A DNA stretch of 49,287 nt. Origin: Chamaesiphon sp. GTDB taxonomy: Bacteria; Cyanobacteriota; Cyanobacteriia; Cyanobacteriales; Chamaesiphonaceae. The first letter of the stretch is position 1; each line of letters opens with the position of its first letter. The translations under genes were made by a program, and so were the position numbers. Below, in pieces: positions 10,636-20,844 of the stretch. The DNA is taken from positions 1 to 49,287 of the forward strand of contig CBDFFH010000019.1 in NCBI GenBank assembly GCA_965246715.1. The letters run 5' to 3'. The notes under the pieces were generated by a model, which searched no databases, was not told the origin of the DNA, and worked only from the letters and a program-made list of their open reading frames with translations.

Positions 10636-11271
10636 CTAAAAGCGATAACTTTTATTGCCCACCCATAGACTTACAGGCACCGGATGACCGCTACTGTCGA
10701 TTTTGACCTCTACTAACAACTTACGGGGATTGCGACCGATATCGCTGTTAACAGTATCCTTCTCTGATTCGGGCATATAAAACTTCTCGATGCCATAGCT
10801 GATATTATTCTGCCAGCTAGAGTTTTCAGCCTGAATTCCTTGAATCGCGATTTGCCCGTTAGGTAAATTAGTCGGACGTTGTGCTGAAACAGCAATCGGT
10901 CGAGCTATTTGTTGTCCTGGAGTTGACGGGAGCGCAAGCGTCACAAAAAATTCACCAGTCTTGGACTTCTTATCACTGAAAATTTCACCACCAGGTAGTT
11001 TTGCCAGTTTAGATCGATCGGCGATATCGTAGTTGAGCGTCTGATAATAACCGCGCAATAGATCGTAGGGATCGACTGGCGCAGTTTGGAGGAAGACGGT
11101 AGTACCAGTATTGAGAGTATAAATCGCTGGAGCGGCGATCGTTGATAAGAGCGCAAATTGCGCCCCCATTGCCAACCAAAAATTACGTTGGGGGATGGGA
11201 GTAGGTTGACTTTCCCGATCGAGTTGTGGCTGTGGCGGTGTGTCGGTCGGGTTGAGAATTGTATCTGACAT
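10636..11271 (-). CDS. GDYXXLXY domain membrane-anchored protein
   Basis: LQTAPVDPYDLLRGYYQTLNY and YGIEKFYMPE; adjacent to DUF2157 gene. Confidence 0.88.
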   Translation of the reverse strand: MSDTILNPTDTPPQPQLDRESQPTPIPQRNFWLAMGAQFALLSTIAAPAIYTLNTGTTVFLQTAPVDPYDLLRGYYQTLNYDIADRSKLAKLPGGEIFSDKKSKTGEFFVTLALPSTPGQQIARPIAVSAQRPTNLPNGQIAIQGIQAENSSWQNNISYGIEKFYMPESEKDTVNSDIGRNPRKLLVEVKIDSSGHPVPVSLWVGNKSYRF

Positions 11272-11295
11272 AATTTTTTTAAGTAGAAGTAATAT

Positions 11296-12681
11296 TTAAC
11301 GAACTAGTCGCAGCCGCCGCTCGAACCACATACCTAGCGCGATCGTTACTGCGCCACTGGCGATAAAGAGTAAGGCTTTGAGACTCAGATCCGTCTGTGT
11401 CAAGGCAAACCAAATTAAAATCCTCATCGATATCAACAACCAGCCGAAGTAAAAGGCACCGCGATCTGCTGTCTGTAAGCTCGTGCGGATGCAGCTCAGG
11501 GTGACACCAGCCAGCAGGATGAAGAACAGCGCTGGGAGCACAGCCGCGATCTGAACCCCGACAGCACCAAGCGCTAGCAATCCAGTGATACTCAGTCCCA
11601 ATCCCAGCATGAGTAAGTCGTTTCGCTGCCAGCGACTGGACAATCGCCACAATGTTACCCACAATCCGATCGTCAATCCCACCAGTAGGAGGAGATCCCA
11701 GGGTACGGTACCTAAAAATTTGCCACGCTCGGAAAATCGCAGCGCACCTGCAATGAAATAGTCTAACGATAGAAAAAAACAGGTGAGACCACCAGAGAAT
11801 ACGGCCATGCGTTGACTGAAGTGCGCGAACTTCTGTCGGTAAGCAGGCAGCGGGAAATATTCCTCAACTCTACCCGCAGCCCAAAACAACAGCAGTGGCA
11901 AGCTACAACCGAGTATTACAGGTGAGATGTTTAGCCCACTAGTAGAGGAGAAAAATTTGAACGTATAGGCAGTTGCCGCAAACTGAAATGCAGACAACCA
12001 GGCGATCGCACCCAGCCCAAAAATTAAAGGCGATCGACAACGATAAGCCAAGGGTAAAAAGAGGATTATCGAGAAGATGGGCATATACTCAAACAGCCAT
12101 TGCGCCCAAAGTGGTGCGGTTGCCACGGCATCTCTAGCCATGCCCATACCTGAAAATGCTGCGCCCCAGTAGCCACAACCCATCAACGCGATCGCCATCA
12201 CACCCAAAGAAGGCAGTTTGAGAGTGTAAGCCATTAGCAACACCCCGATCGACCAACCCATGAATAAAATAAAGGTATCGCCAGAAACTTGAAATAACTG
12301 GGCTAGCAGCGCCAGATCTGCCCCGAAAATCATCGCCCCCAAAATGAGCAAACCTTGCCCGAGGCGGCGAGTATCTGACTTTTGCCATAGGTAAAAGCCG
12401 CCAGCATTCACTGCCAGTAGTCCACCCAGCAACACGGCGATCCGGTAGGGTTTGTCTAAATACTGCCAATTGAGGGCGACGAAGCTCAAAATCCCCAAAC
12501 CAATTAGGATGCCCCCCAAGCCGATAATGGCACTGATAAAGGTACCGCTAGCCTCGGCATCGAGTTTGTCGAAATTATAGCGATCGGCTAGACTTGCATG
12601 GAAGTCGCTATCGATAAAGCCTTCCGATCGCCAGCGATTGGCTTCCTGTTGTAAAGTTCGGCGAAATTTAATATTCGGCAT
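11296..12681 (-). CDS. DUF2157 multi-pass membrane protein
   Basis: W..EGFID, GILSFVALNW, GADLALLAQLFQ, many TM helices. Confidence 0.88.
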   Translation of the reverse strand: MPNIKFRRTLQQEANRWRSEGFIDSDFHASLADRYNFDKLDAEASGTFISAIIGLGGILIGLGILSFVALNWQYLDKPYRIAVLLGGLLAVNAGGFYLWQKSDTRRLGQGLLILGAMIFGADLALLAQLFQVSGDTFILFMGWSIGVLLMAYTLKLPSLGVMAIALMGCGYWGAAFSGMGMARDAVATAPLWAQWLFEYMPIFSIILFLPLAYRCRSPLIFGLGAIAWLSAFQFAATAYTFKFFSSTSGLNISPVILGCSLPLLLFWAAGRVEEYFPLPAYRQKFAHFSQRMAVFSGGLTCFFLSLDYFIAGALRFSERGKFLGTVPWDLLLLVGLTIGLWVTLWRLSSRWQRNDLLMLGLGLSITGLLALGAVGVQIAAVLPALFFILLAGVTLSCIRTSLQTADRGAFYFGWLLISMRILIWFALTQTDLSLKALLFIASGAVTIALGMWFERRLRLVR

Positions 12682-12797
12682 CTTTCATTTGCAACGATTG
12701 GGTATTATTTCCTTCATTGTCTCATCCTGATTCTTCCTGACTGGAATACCTTATGCCAGTTTTAGAATTGTCAATCCGCTCGATGTTGCTAAAAATA

Positions 12798-12836
12798 ACG
12801 AGTGCCAACGATCTCTATGCGATCGTCGGCACTCGT
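12798..12836 (-). terminator. Probable intrinsic terminator downstream of psb30
   Basis: ACGAGTGCCAACGATC...GATCGTCGGCACTCGT stem followed by a T-rich run on the minus strand. Confidence 0.6.
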
Positions 12837-12936
12837 GGAGCACTAAAAATATAATTTTTTCGGTATATTATTTCAAATCTAGAGCCGTAGCGTAACTACA
12901 ATCGAGCTAATTGCAAGCCGAGATTACGCCGCCGTC

Positions 12937-13077
12937 CTATAAATTACCGCGCAAGGCTGCGAGCAAAAATACTACAACAGGACCAGCAATCATAATCATT
13001 GCCACCATTGACAGTTGGGCGATTACTTCCCAATTAATACTGAGTACGCTATCAACAATACCGCTCAAAAAGTCCAT
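12937..13077 (-). CDS. psb30: Photosystem II protein Psb30/Ycf12 (46 aa, below ORF track cut-off)
   Basis: MDFLSGIVDSVLSINWEVIAQLSMVAMIMIAGPVVVFLLAALRGNL. Confidence 0.95.
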   Translation of the reverse strand: MDFLSGIVDSVLSINWEVIAQLSMVAMIMIAGPVVVFLLAALRGNL

Positions 13078-13188
13078 ATTTCCTCGCAAATGGATTTAAA
13101 TTTATCAGTTAGCCTACAGGATCGGCCATCCAATTCTAGCGATGTCTGACCACTGTAGATTAATTTCATTTACAAAAGTACATATAAA

Positions 13189-13230
13189 TAGTGGCTAGTG
13201 GCTAGTGAATAGTGGATAGTGAAGAGTGGA
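13189..13230 (+). repeat. STRR-type heptamer tandem repeat
   Basis: TAGTGGC TAGTGGC TAGTGAA TAGTGGA TAGTGAA GAGTGGA. Confidence 0.75.
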
Positions 13231-13250
13231 TCTTAACTGTTAACCGAACT

Positions 13251-13613
13251 ATGGCTACTTGGCAGTGTATGAAGCAATGTGGGGCTTGTTGTAATCTCGA
13301 TCCGAGCGATCGACCGGAATTAGAAGAATATTTGGATCCAGCCCAACTAGCAATCTACCTGAGTATGGTGGGCGCAGATGGCTGGTGTGTCAATCTCGAT
13401 CGAGATACGCGATCGTGCAATATTTATGAAGTACGCCCGTCCTTTTGTCGGGTACAGGAGGATACATTTGTCGCAATGTTTGGGATCGAACCGGAAGAGC
13501 TAAATGATTTTGCGATCGATTGCTGCCGCCAACAGATCGAAGGTGTTTATGGTGAACTCAGTCTCGAAGCCATTCGCTTTGACAAAGAGGTCGGAATTTC
13601 GCTTGAGTTGTAG
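13251..13613 (+). CDS. YkgJ family cysteine-cluster protein
   Basis: WQCMKQCGACC...GWCVNLD...CNIYEVRPSFCR; ATG at 13251. Confidence 0.88.
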   Translation: MATWQCMKQCGACCNLDPSDRPELEEYLDPAQLAIYLSMVGADGWCVNLDRDTRSCNIYEVRPSFCRVQEDTFVAMFGIEPEELNDFAIDCCRQQIEGVYGELSLEAIRFDKEVGISLEL

Positions 13614-13717
13614 ACCTTTGGCGATCGATATGACAAAATGAGGAGAATATGAGAGCTGGTCATAGTTCGTCCGCTCCCAAAATCGATCCCCCTCCAACCT
13701 AGAATTTTCCCTAATCG

Positions 13718-14101
13718 ATGTTACTTCCTCCACCATTAGGTTCTGCCGACTCAGAGCTACCCTCGATCGATGCTATCCCGCCAGTAGTGGAAATAATCCC
13801 GTCCACAGAGTATCCAAAATCTGGAGCGTGGGCTACTTTCTTCTCAACGTTCATCACCATTTTTCTAGCTGAAATGGGCGATAAAACTCAGCTAGCGACA
13901 TTGCTGTTGAGCGCTCAATCTCAATCGCCCTGGATTGTCTTTGTCGGTGCTAGTAGTGCTTTGATTGCGACTAGCTTGGTAGGCGTACTATTGGGACGTT
14001 ATCTAGCTAAGGTATTAGCGCCAAAAACTCTGGATATCGCCGCTGGGGTATTACTGCTCGTAATTTCGATCCTGTTGTTATGGGATGCGATCCATCTCTA
14101 G
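13718..14101 (+). CDS. TMEM165/GDT1 (UPF0016) half-size protein
   Basis: Single FLAEMGDKTQ motif, about 3 TM helices. Confidence 0.9.
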   Translation: MLLPPPLGSADSELPSIDAIPPVVEIIPSTEYPKSGAWATFFSTFITIFLAEMGDKTQLATLLLSAQSQSPWIVFVGASSALIATSLVGVLLGRYLAKVLAPKTLDIAAGVLLLVISILLLWDAIHL

Positions 14102-14513
14102 CACGAGTCAGTTGTCCCAAAGAACGCAGTAGCTCCCTTGTCATAACACTGGCATTGGCTCCAGCAACGCAATTTCACAGTAGGATCGGGGTGAGTTAAC
14201 CAATCTCGATCGGAAAAGTTTACGATTCTTAGTGTTGAGAGTTACCGCTAGATATGAAGATGAAGATAGATAAGACGATCGATGTCAATCGGGAAAATTA
14301 CTGGATCGCAAGGGTTCTATGCAGTCTACTCTAAATCGAAGTCGCTGAGGCTAGCATCGATCGGGGGTGAAGCAACTAATTTTCTTAAAATATTGAGACA
14401 ATCGTTCTCAGCTAAAGATTAGATTCGATCTATACTTATCGCTCGTGACCGAGCATCAGTTTATTTGCTTGGTTCGTTGGGTTCTAGATAATCAGTGATG
14501 TGAGACCAAAATT

Positions 14514-14921
14514 ATGATAACTACTACTGTTGCTAACTTAAGTGAGGATACCGGACGCATATTTGAGATCGCAGTTACAGGCAGCACACAACAAGCAAGG
14601 TTGCGGACTAGCAGTTATAAAATTAGAGTAAGTTACTCCACCTTAGCAAAAACCATTCGCTCGATCGCTCAACGAGGTGGAAAAATCGTCGATGTCAAGA
14701 TGTTAAGCATGTTTGAGCCTGAGGGCGAGCGCATCCCAGCGGTGGCTGAATTGTCGCAGCCGATTACCGAAGCAGTTGACAGTATGCCAGCGGTGGCTGA
14801 ATTGTCACAGCCGATTACCGTGGATGTAGCGCAACCAGCTGTAATCCAACCAACCGTTAAACCGACGAACAATCGGCCAGCAGCAGCGCGTAGCAAACAC
14901 TCGAAATCCAAAAAACGTTAA
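14514..14921 (+). CDS. CpcD-like phycobilisome linker domain protein with repetitive tail
   Basis: RIFEIAVTG...RTSSYKIRVSYSTLAKTIRSIAQRGGKIVDV; duplicated PAVAELSQPIT. Confidence 0.75.
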   Translation: MITTTVANLSEDTGRIFEIAVTGSTQQARLRTSSYKIRVSYSTLAKTIRSIAQRGGKIVDVKMLSMFEPEGERIPAVAELSQPITEAVDSMPAVAELSQPITVDVAQPAVIQPTVKPTNNRPAAARSKHSKSKKR

Positions 14922-14934
14922 GTAATTGTGGATT

Positions 14935-14992
14935 GCAAAGAGTGCGATCGGGGCTAGCATCAATTATGCCAACCTCCGATCGCACTCTTTGC
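14935..14992. terminator. Long hairpin between convergent genes
   Basis: GCAAAGAGTGCGATCGG...CCGATCGCACTCTTTGC. Confidence 0.7.
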
Positions 14993-16322
14993 TGTAGCCG
15001 GATGAACATCACATCAAAACTAGATTTGACAGGTGGATTTTTAGATTAGTTCAGTGAAGATTTGAACAGATGTTTGTGGAGCATTTTTAGAATCAAATCT
15101 GCTTGTACTGGTTTCTTGATAAATCCATTCGCACCGACAAATTTGGCATGTAGACGATCGATAGAACCATCTTTACCAGTGAGAATAACGATCGGAATAT
15201 TTTTTAATAATGGAGTTTTCCGAATCTGCTTGCAGACTTCATAACCATTCATAATTGGCATTAACAAGTCTAGAAAGATAAAATCTGGATTAGTTTTAAT
15301 TAAACTAGTAATAATTTTGAGCGGATCTTGAATTCCAAAAGAGCAGAAGTTATGTGCTGTTAAGATTTTCTCCAAACTTTTATAGACATAAATACTATCA
15401 TCGATACAAGCAACTAATGGCCGAGTTTTAGAGGTTGAGTTGTCAGAACTATCGTTATTAGTAATAGTTATGCTCTCATCGCTTTTAGCCACCCACTTGA
15501 ATTTAGATGCTAGCGGTAAGCTCAAACTGATTTCACCTAACAGCAACAATGGTAATAACGGTTTCGTAAAATCAAGTAAATTTTTCTGATGGTAAATTGC
15601 TAAACTTCGTAGCGAGCGATGACCGTCAAACGATAAAATTGCCTTAGCAACATCCGTTCGATCGATCGGCCAGTCGAACTTTGTTGAGATGTTTATAACA
15701 GGAGACAGACTAGGTGCATAAGCTACCCCTGTTAAGGTGACAAAAGCATGACTAAGTAGTGAGGAGCCGAAAAGTAGCAATATGAGGATGTTTGGGGTCA
15801 TACTTCTTCTTTGTGGGCGGCTTTTTTGCTCCTCGTGGGGACGACAAGAAACGTTTGAGATTCACATGACTTGCACATGCTCGCAAAAACTCCGCTAACA
15901 AAAGCACACTCATGTGTGCAAAAGGTTGCCAATCCTCAGCACAGATCGCAATCTCCATCCCTCGAAAAGTTGACTGGACTTCTTCAACCACATAATAATT
16001 GGATAAGCTCGACTCAATTTTTCCGGCACCATGAACATCTTTAAGCGCAGCTTTAACCGTAGATAGAATGTTAAACGCCATCAGTGCTATACAAAAAACG
16101 CACAATGCCGCTTTGGGATAACCCAATGTCTTGAGTTCACAATTAAAAGTATCAGTAATAACTTGGAACATCTGTTCGATTTGCCATCGATTGAGGTAAA
16201 GATCTGCCACCATGATGGCTGTCACCTCTGTCTGAGGCAAATTAGTTAACACTGTTACTTGTAAATCGCCATGACGAGTTGAGTGTTTCAGTTGAATCGT
16301 CACTCGGCGGACAAAAAGACCA

Positions 16323-17149
16323 GGCGTTGCTGGATTAGGATATGATCTAAGGCGATCGAGAGAAGTAACAAGAGCAAATATCTAAATGGAATGTCCTGAA
16401 TGTAGATCGTCTAATATCAATAAAAATGGGCGAATAAAGGGAAAGCAGAACCATATTTGTAAAGACTGCGGACGGCAATTTATAGATTGTTATGAAGCAC
16501 ACAGAGGATATTCACCACAAATCAAGCAGAAATGTTTGTCAATGTATGTTAATGGGATGGGATTTCGAGCAATAGAAAGAGTAATGGGTGTGCATAATAC
16601 AACTGTCATGGATTGGGTGAAGCAAGTAGGGGGAAATCTCCCAGATTACTATAATTCAGACCAAATACCAGAAGTTGGTGAGTTGGATGAGTTAGAGACG
16701 TTTGTTGGCTCAAAAAAAACAAGATCTGGCTCTGGACGGCAGTAAATCACTTTCAGATGGGTATTTTAGGATGGGTATTAGGCGACCACAGTGCTAAGAC
16801 ATTTAGACCGCTATGGGAGAATTTGGTAAGTACATGGAAATGTTATTTTTATGTGACGGATGGGTGGAGGGTCTATCCAATATTTATTCCAGATGGTGAC
16901 CAAATCGTGAGTAAAACTTATATGACAAGAGTTGAGGGTGAAAACACTAGGCTCAGACATTACTTAGCTCGATTAAAAAGAAAAACATTATGTTATTCTA
17001 AGTGCGAACAAATGCTAAAGCATTCTATTAGATTGTTAATTCATTATCTTAAATTTGGTGAAGTACCAACTCCTAATTCAGTTAGTTCTGGCGATCGACG
17101 GCACAGATTACCTCTCGATCGCCAAATCATATCTTAATCCAGCAACGCC
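16323..17149 (+). mobile_element. IS1-family insertion sequence (827 bp)
   Basis: Long imperfect IRs GGCGTTGCTGGATTA.GATATGAT; 8-bp target duplication AAAGACCA at 16315-16322 and 17150-17157. Confidence 0.93.
16386..17137 (+). CDS. IS1 transposase InsA-InsB, joined by a -1 frameshift
   Basis: Zn ribbon CPEC..CKDC and ELDE. A8C slippery run at 16712-16720 leads to NKIWLWTAV, YVTDGW, RVEGENTRLRHYLAR. Confidence 0.9.
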
Positions 17150-18611
17150 AAAGACCACTATCGAGTCGAACCTGTTGCTCGAAAATAGTGCCACTGTCAT
17201 TTTGCCCAACTGCCAATCTTGGTGTTATTTCCGTCCATTTCAAACCCAGGTGCTCTCGAATCACAAAACTGGCTCCATGTGTACTAATACCAGTCAAAAA
17301 GTCCTTGGTGCAAAAATTCCGGTCAGCAATCCATACTTGCCCTGCTTTGACCGTTTCGAGCACTAATGGTAGCAACGATCGCTCTTGAGCGTGAGCATCT
17401 TCTTCTGGAAATACATCCACGACCATTTCTCGCTGCGGGTCTAGTACCGCGATTGCTTGTCCTGGCAAGGCTCCTGCAACTTCTGGTCGTAATACCTTTA
17501 GTCGATGTTCTGTGCCCCCGATATGATTCCCATCAATGATTCTGACTTCGGATCCTGGTAAGACGACCTTAATTGCTTGAGTAAATTCTGTGACTACTGA
17601 GGAAAGTTGTTCGCCACTATACCGCACCAATGCCTGAGACAAATTAGGTTCTAGCCCATTGATTTTGGCATACAAGGATACTTTCGACACCCCCACTACT
17701 TTCTCGAATGCTTTGTAAGCGGCACCCACTGATGGATAAATCCCGCAGACGACTAAGCTCATGATTCCGACTACGTTTGAGAATAAGAGTTCTCTGGTGT
17801 ACTGCCGCTCGGCAGTGTCTTCAAACAACCGCTCTAGTTGCTCTGTGGCAAAGATTCTTTCCATAATTGCTCTTACCATCACTGTCAAAGGTGTCTGTTC
17901 TACAAATCTCTCAAAGATGTCACTAATCATCTTCAATTCCCTCACTCTGCTTAGGTTTTCAGCTTTCGAGTCAGATTATACTCGGCTTTTATGCCCTTTG
18001 AGGCTCTACCAGTACAACAGCTCACCTTAACAGGGGTAGTGCATAAGCAGCAAGCCCTACGTTCGTCCATTCTTGCCAAACTTGAATCGCTCCAGCTAAA
18101 ATTGGTTCGATATCCAGAATGGGTAAATTTGGATCGGTAACAATAAGATTACTGTTAATTGGTACTAGTTGATAAGATAATCGATCGCGTTTGTGTTGAC
18201 TGAATTGAATGATATCAAAAATAACTTCCTCGATCGCATGTTGTTGTGCCAATATATTAGAGTTTAAAAACATTTCCTCGTTATTAATAGATTTGACAAA
18301 GCGATCGAGCGGTAAATTAAGGCAAGCTACTGCTAAACTTCGTTGCCAGCGATTGCTTGAGTCGATGCCACCACTAATAGTTGCTAAGCGCCCCGATAAA
18401 AAGCAAAAAAACCAGTTCGGCAGCTCGTCTATTTTAACTATTAAGTTGCCGCTAAAATAATTCTGCTTGATATCATTTATCTGAATGATAAAATTTTTGA
18501 AACTAATATTAACATGCTCGTTTCGATCTTGGATACTTTGGCTCATGATTACTCAAGCGAACTCGTTGCTGTTTAAATACTAACTTTTACGGCGTAACGC
18601 ATACATTTATC

Positions 18612-18705
18612 GGCGGTGCTGAATTGGGGTATAAAAAAGACGGAGGGGGAGATGTCCAGTTAATTGTTATAAAAACAGTAAATCATCCCTAAAATCAGCA
18701 ACACC
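18612..18705. mobile_element. 94-bp MITE with IS1-like ends
   Basis: Ends GGCGGTGCTGAATT / AAATCAGCAACACC resemble the IS1 IR GGCGTTGCTG; degenerate 8-bp flanks CATTTATC / CATCGATC. Confidence 0.55.
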
Positions 18706-19063
18706 CATCGATCGCTTACTTATTGGTTCACTCGTCTTAGCATACAAAAAAGGATCGGTAATGTTTCGAGCGAATACTTCGGATATCTCTTGATAGTGTA
18801 CCCATCTCGATCGTCAAATCGCCGATCGCTTCTGCCAACGCACGATAAATAACATCCATCCTCAGGCGGATCCCGAATTTTGACGCAGTATGCTAAAATC
18901 TTTATCCGTTACGAAATGTGCAAGATGAGATTCCCAGCTCTGGAAGTGAGGATAATACCGTCAGATCGCGACAAATAGCCAGTAGTACAACCAATTGACA
19001 AATGATAGAATACTTGACATCGCACAACTTCTTGTGTGGTTTGAGGTGTGGAGTCTAAAAACA

Positions 19064-19729
19064 ATGTTGAAAAAATCCGTTTCACTAGTGTTAATAACAC
19101 TATCTATCGGTAGTGTAGCTGGCTGTAGTACTAAGATCGCCGATCGACCAGTGACGACTACGAAGCCTGCCACCTCTGGAGCTATGACTACTACTAGCAA
19201 TAGCAAACCTGCAACGTCTGCGGGGGCATTGCCTGTCGTCCCTGCCGGAACGACGATCGATACCGATTTACAGCGAGAACTTTCTTCTGGTAAAAATCGT
19301 AACGATGAAAAATTTACAATTAAAGTGAAGAATGGCTCTGTTGGTAAATATGCAGTACTAAAAGATGCCACGATCGAGGGACACCTAGAAAATGTCACCA
19401 AAGCGGCAAAAGGTAAAAAAGCGCAGCTAAACCTATTTTTCGATGATATCAAGCTCAAAAATGGTGATGTTTTACCGCTCGACGCTAGCTTAATCAACAC
19501 GAAAGTTGAGACAAAAACTAAGGGTCAATTTCTCAAAAATACGGGAATCATTTTAGGTGGCACGATTGCTGGGCACTTTGTCGGCGATAAAGCCAATTTC
19601 AAACACGGTAAACTTGCTGGAGCCGCCGCCGCGACAGCTTTTGTATTATCGAGTCCCGGTGGTGAAGTAGTGCTGAAAAAAGGTACGGATTTACAGCTAA
19701 AACTTAAATCTAATCTCGATCCAAATTAA
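19064..19729 (+). CDS. Predicted lipoprotein, unknown function
   Basis: MLKKSVSLVLITLSIGSVAG-C lipobox, Thr/Ser linker, VPAGT..., glycine-zipper-like segment. Confidence 0.75.
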   Translation: MLKKSVSLVLITLSIGSVAGCSTKIADRPVTTTKPATSGAMTTTSNSKPATSAGALPVVPAGTTIDTDLQRELSSGKNRNDEKFTIKVKNGSVGKYAVLKDATIEGHLENVTKAAKGKKAQLNLFFDDIKLKNGDVLPLDASLINTKVETKTKGQFLKNTGIILGGTIAGHFVGDKANFKHGKLAGAAAATAFVLSSPGGEVVLKKGTDLQLKLKSNLDPN

Positions 19730-19772
19730 GTTTAGTTTGGAGTTAAGCCGCTCGCTAATGGTGAGCTATTAA

Positions 19773-19810
19773 AGCGTCGAGGTTGCAACAGTGCGATCTC
19801 GGCGCTATTT
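19773..19810 (+). terminator. Probable terminator hairpin
   Basis: AGCGTCGAGGTTGCA...TGCGATCTCGGCGCT followed by ATTT. Confidence 0.5.
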
Positions 19811-20034
19811 AATAATAATTTCGATAATTAAATTCGATCGCCCCCAGATAACTACCCGATCTGCTGCGATCGCGCTGCATTCACTTTGCTATAATGACAC
19901 ACGAGCAGTAGATTTCAGCGCGCTCGATCGCTTGCTGATAGCCAACCACCTACATGGATAGATTGTGAGTGCGAGCGGCAGATGTGGAGCTTCGACTGAA
20001 TTTAGGGGATGGGCAGAGGCGAGATTTATTTATT

Positions 20035-20793
20035 ATGGTTTACGAAGAAGATCTAAATTTCCTTGAGGATGACATCGATCTAGAAAGTCCTCTCGACGAT
20101 CTGGATACTCTGGCTGTACTCGATGCCAATACCGAACCACCCAAGCCAGATCCAGAGGAAATGCTGTCATTACTCGATCGTGCAGTCACCGAGCAACGGA
20201 TGCTAGCTGCCCGAGCTTTTTGTGAAATTCAAGATGCACGCGCGATTCCCCATTTGATCCGCTTGCTCGCCGATCCTTGTCCGCTGGTGCGAGTTTCTGC
20301 GGCTTATGCGCTCGGGCGCAATCCTAGTCCGGATGCAGTCGAACCGCTGATCCACCAACTCGAGCGCGATTGGAATGGTTATGCTCGGAAAGGGATTGTT
20401 TGGGCTTTGGGCAACTGTCACGATCGGCGTGCGCTCAAGCCATTATTGCACGCGCTGAAGATGGATATCTCAGCCGTCCGGTTGTGGGCGGCAAGTTCGC
20501 TCGCACAGGCAGCAGACCTCAGTTATGAGGCGGTAGTAGCAACGGTACCGCCAATTATTGAAGCTTTGATTAACGACCCACTCGCAGCCGTCCGCAGCAA
20601 TTGTGCGTGGTCGTTAGGGCGATTGTGTCGGGAGTTGCCCTCTAATGTCGTATATGCAACTGCGGTTGATGCGCTGATCCAAGTATTGGAGGAAGACCGC
20701 GATCTTGGTGTCCGGGAAGATGCCAAAGCAGCTCTGCTCAAGCTGGGCGATACGCGGGGTATTCAAGCGATCGAACAGCTTGAGTTGGAGTAA
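20035..20793 (+). CDS. HEAT-repeat (PBS lyase-like) protein
   Basis: Repeats VRVSAAYALGR, VRLWAASSLAQ, VRSNCAWSLGR; likely ATG at 20035. Confidence 0.88.
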   Translation: MVYEEDLNFLEDDIDLESPLDDLDTLAVLDANTEPPKPDPEEMLSLLDRAVTEQRMLAARAFCEIQDARAIPHLIRLLADPCPLVRVSAAYALGRNPSPDAVEPLIHQLERDWNGYARKGIVWALGNCHDRRALKPLLHALKMDISAVRLWAASSLAQAADLSYEAVVATVPPIIEALINDPLAAVRSNCAWSLGRLCRELPSNVVYATAVDALIQVLEEDRDLGVREDAKAALLKLGDTRGIQAIEQLELE

Positions 20794-20844
20794 ATTTTAG
20801 GTTGGGTAGAGCAAGGCGAAACCCAACACACTTAGCTAGATCGG

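Larger units (their letters stand above)
15752..17930 (-). pseudogene. IS4 family transposase split by IS1
   Basis: IIDGN, IADRNF and YLNRWQIEQMF (YREK-like) motifs; reconstructed junction VRLDSGL|FVRRVTIQ is in frame. Confidence 0.9.
15723..18039 (-). mobile_element. IS4-family insertion sequence carrying a nested IS1
   Basis: 18-bp IRs CTACCCCTGTTAAGGTGA / TCACCTTAACAGGGGTAG. Target duplication TGCATAAG at 15715-15722 and 18040-18047 (10 bp GTGCATAAGC if the ends are shifted by 1). Confidence 0.92.
15046..18546 (-). pseudogene. PatA-family response regulator (PATAN-like + REC) disrupted by IS4
   Basis: N-part ends ..WTNVGLAAYA and C-part starts PSLSPVI..; REC motifs ACIDDS, FLDLLMP, FIKKP. 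Removing the IS plus one target copy restores the frame. Confidence 0.88.

Noticed and set aside
12911..13099. Plus-strand 62-aa ORF
   Set aside because: Antisense shadow of psb30
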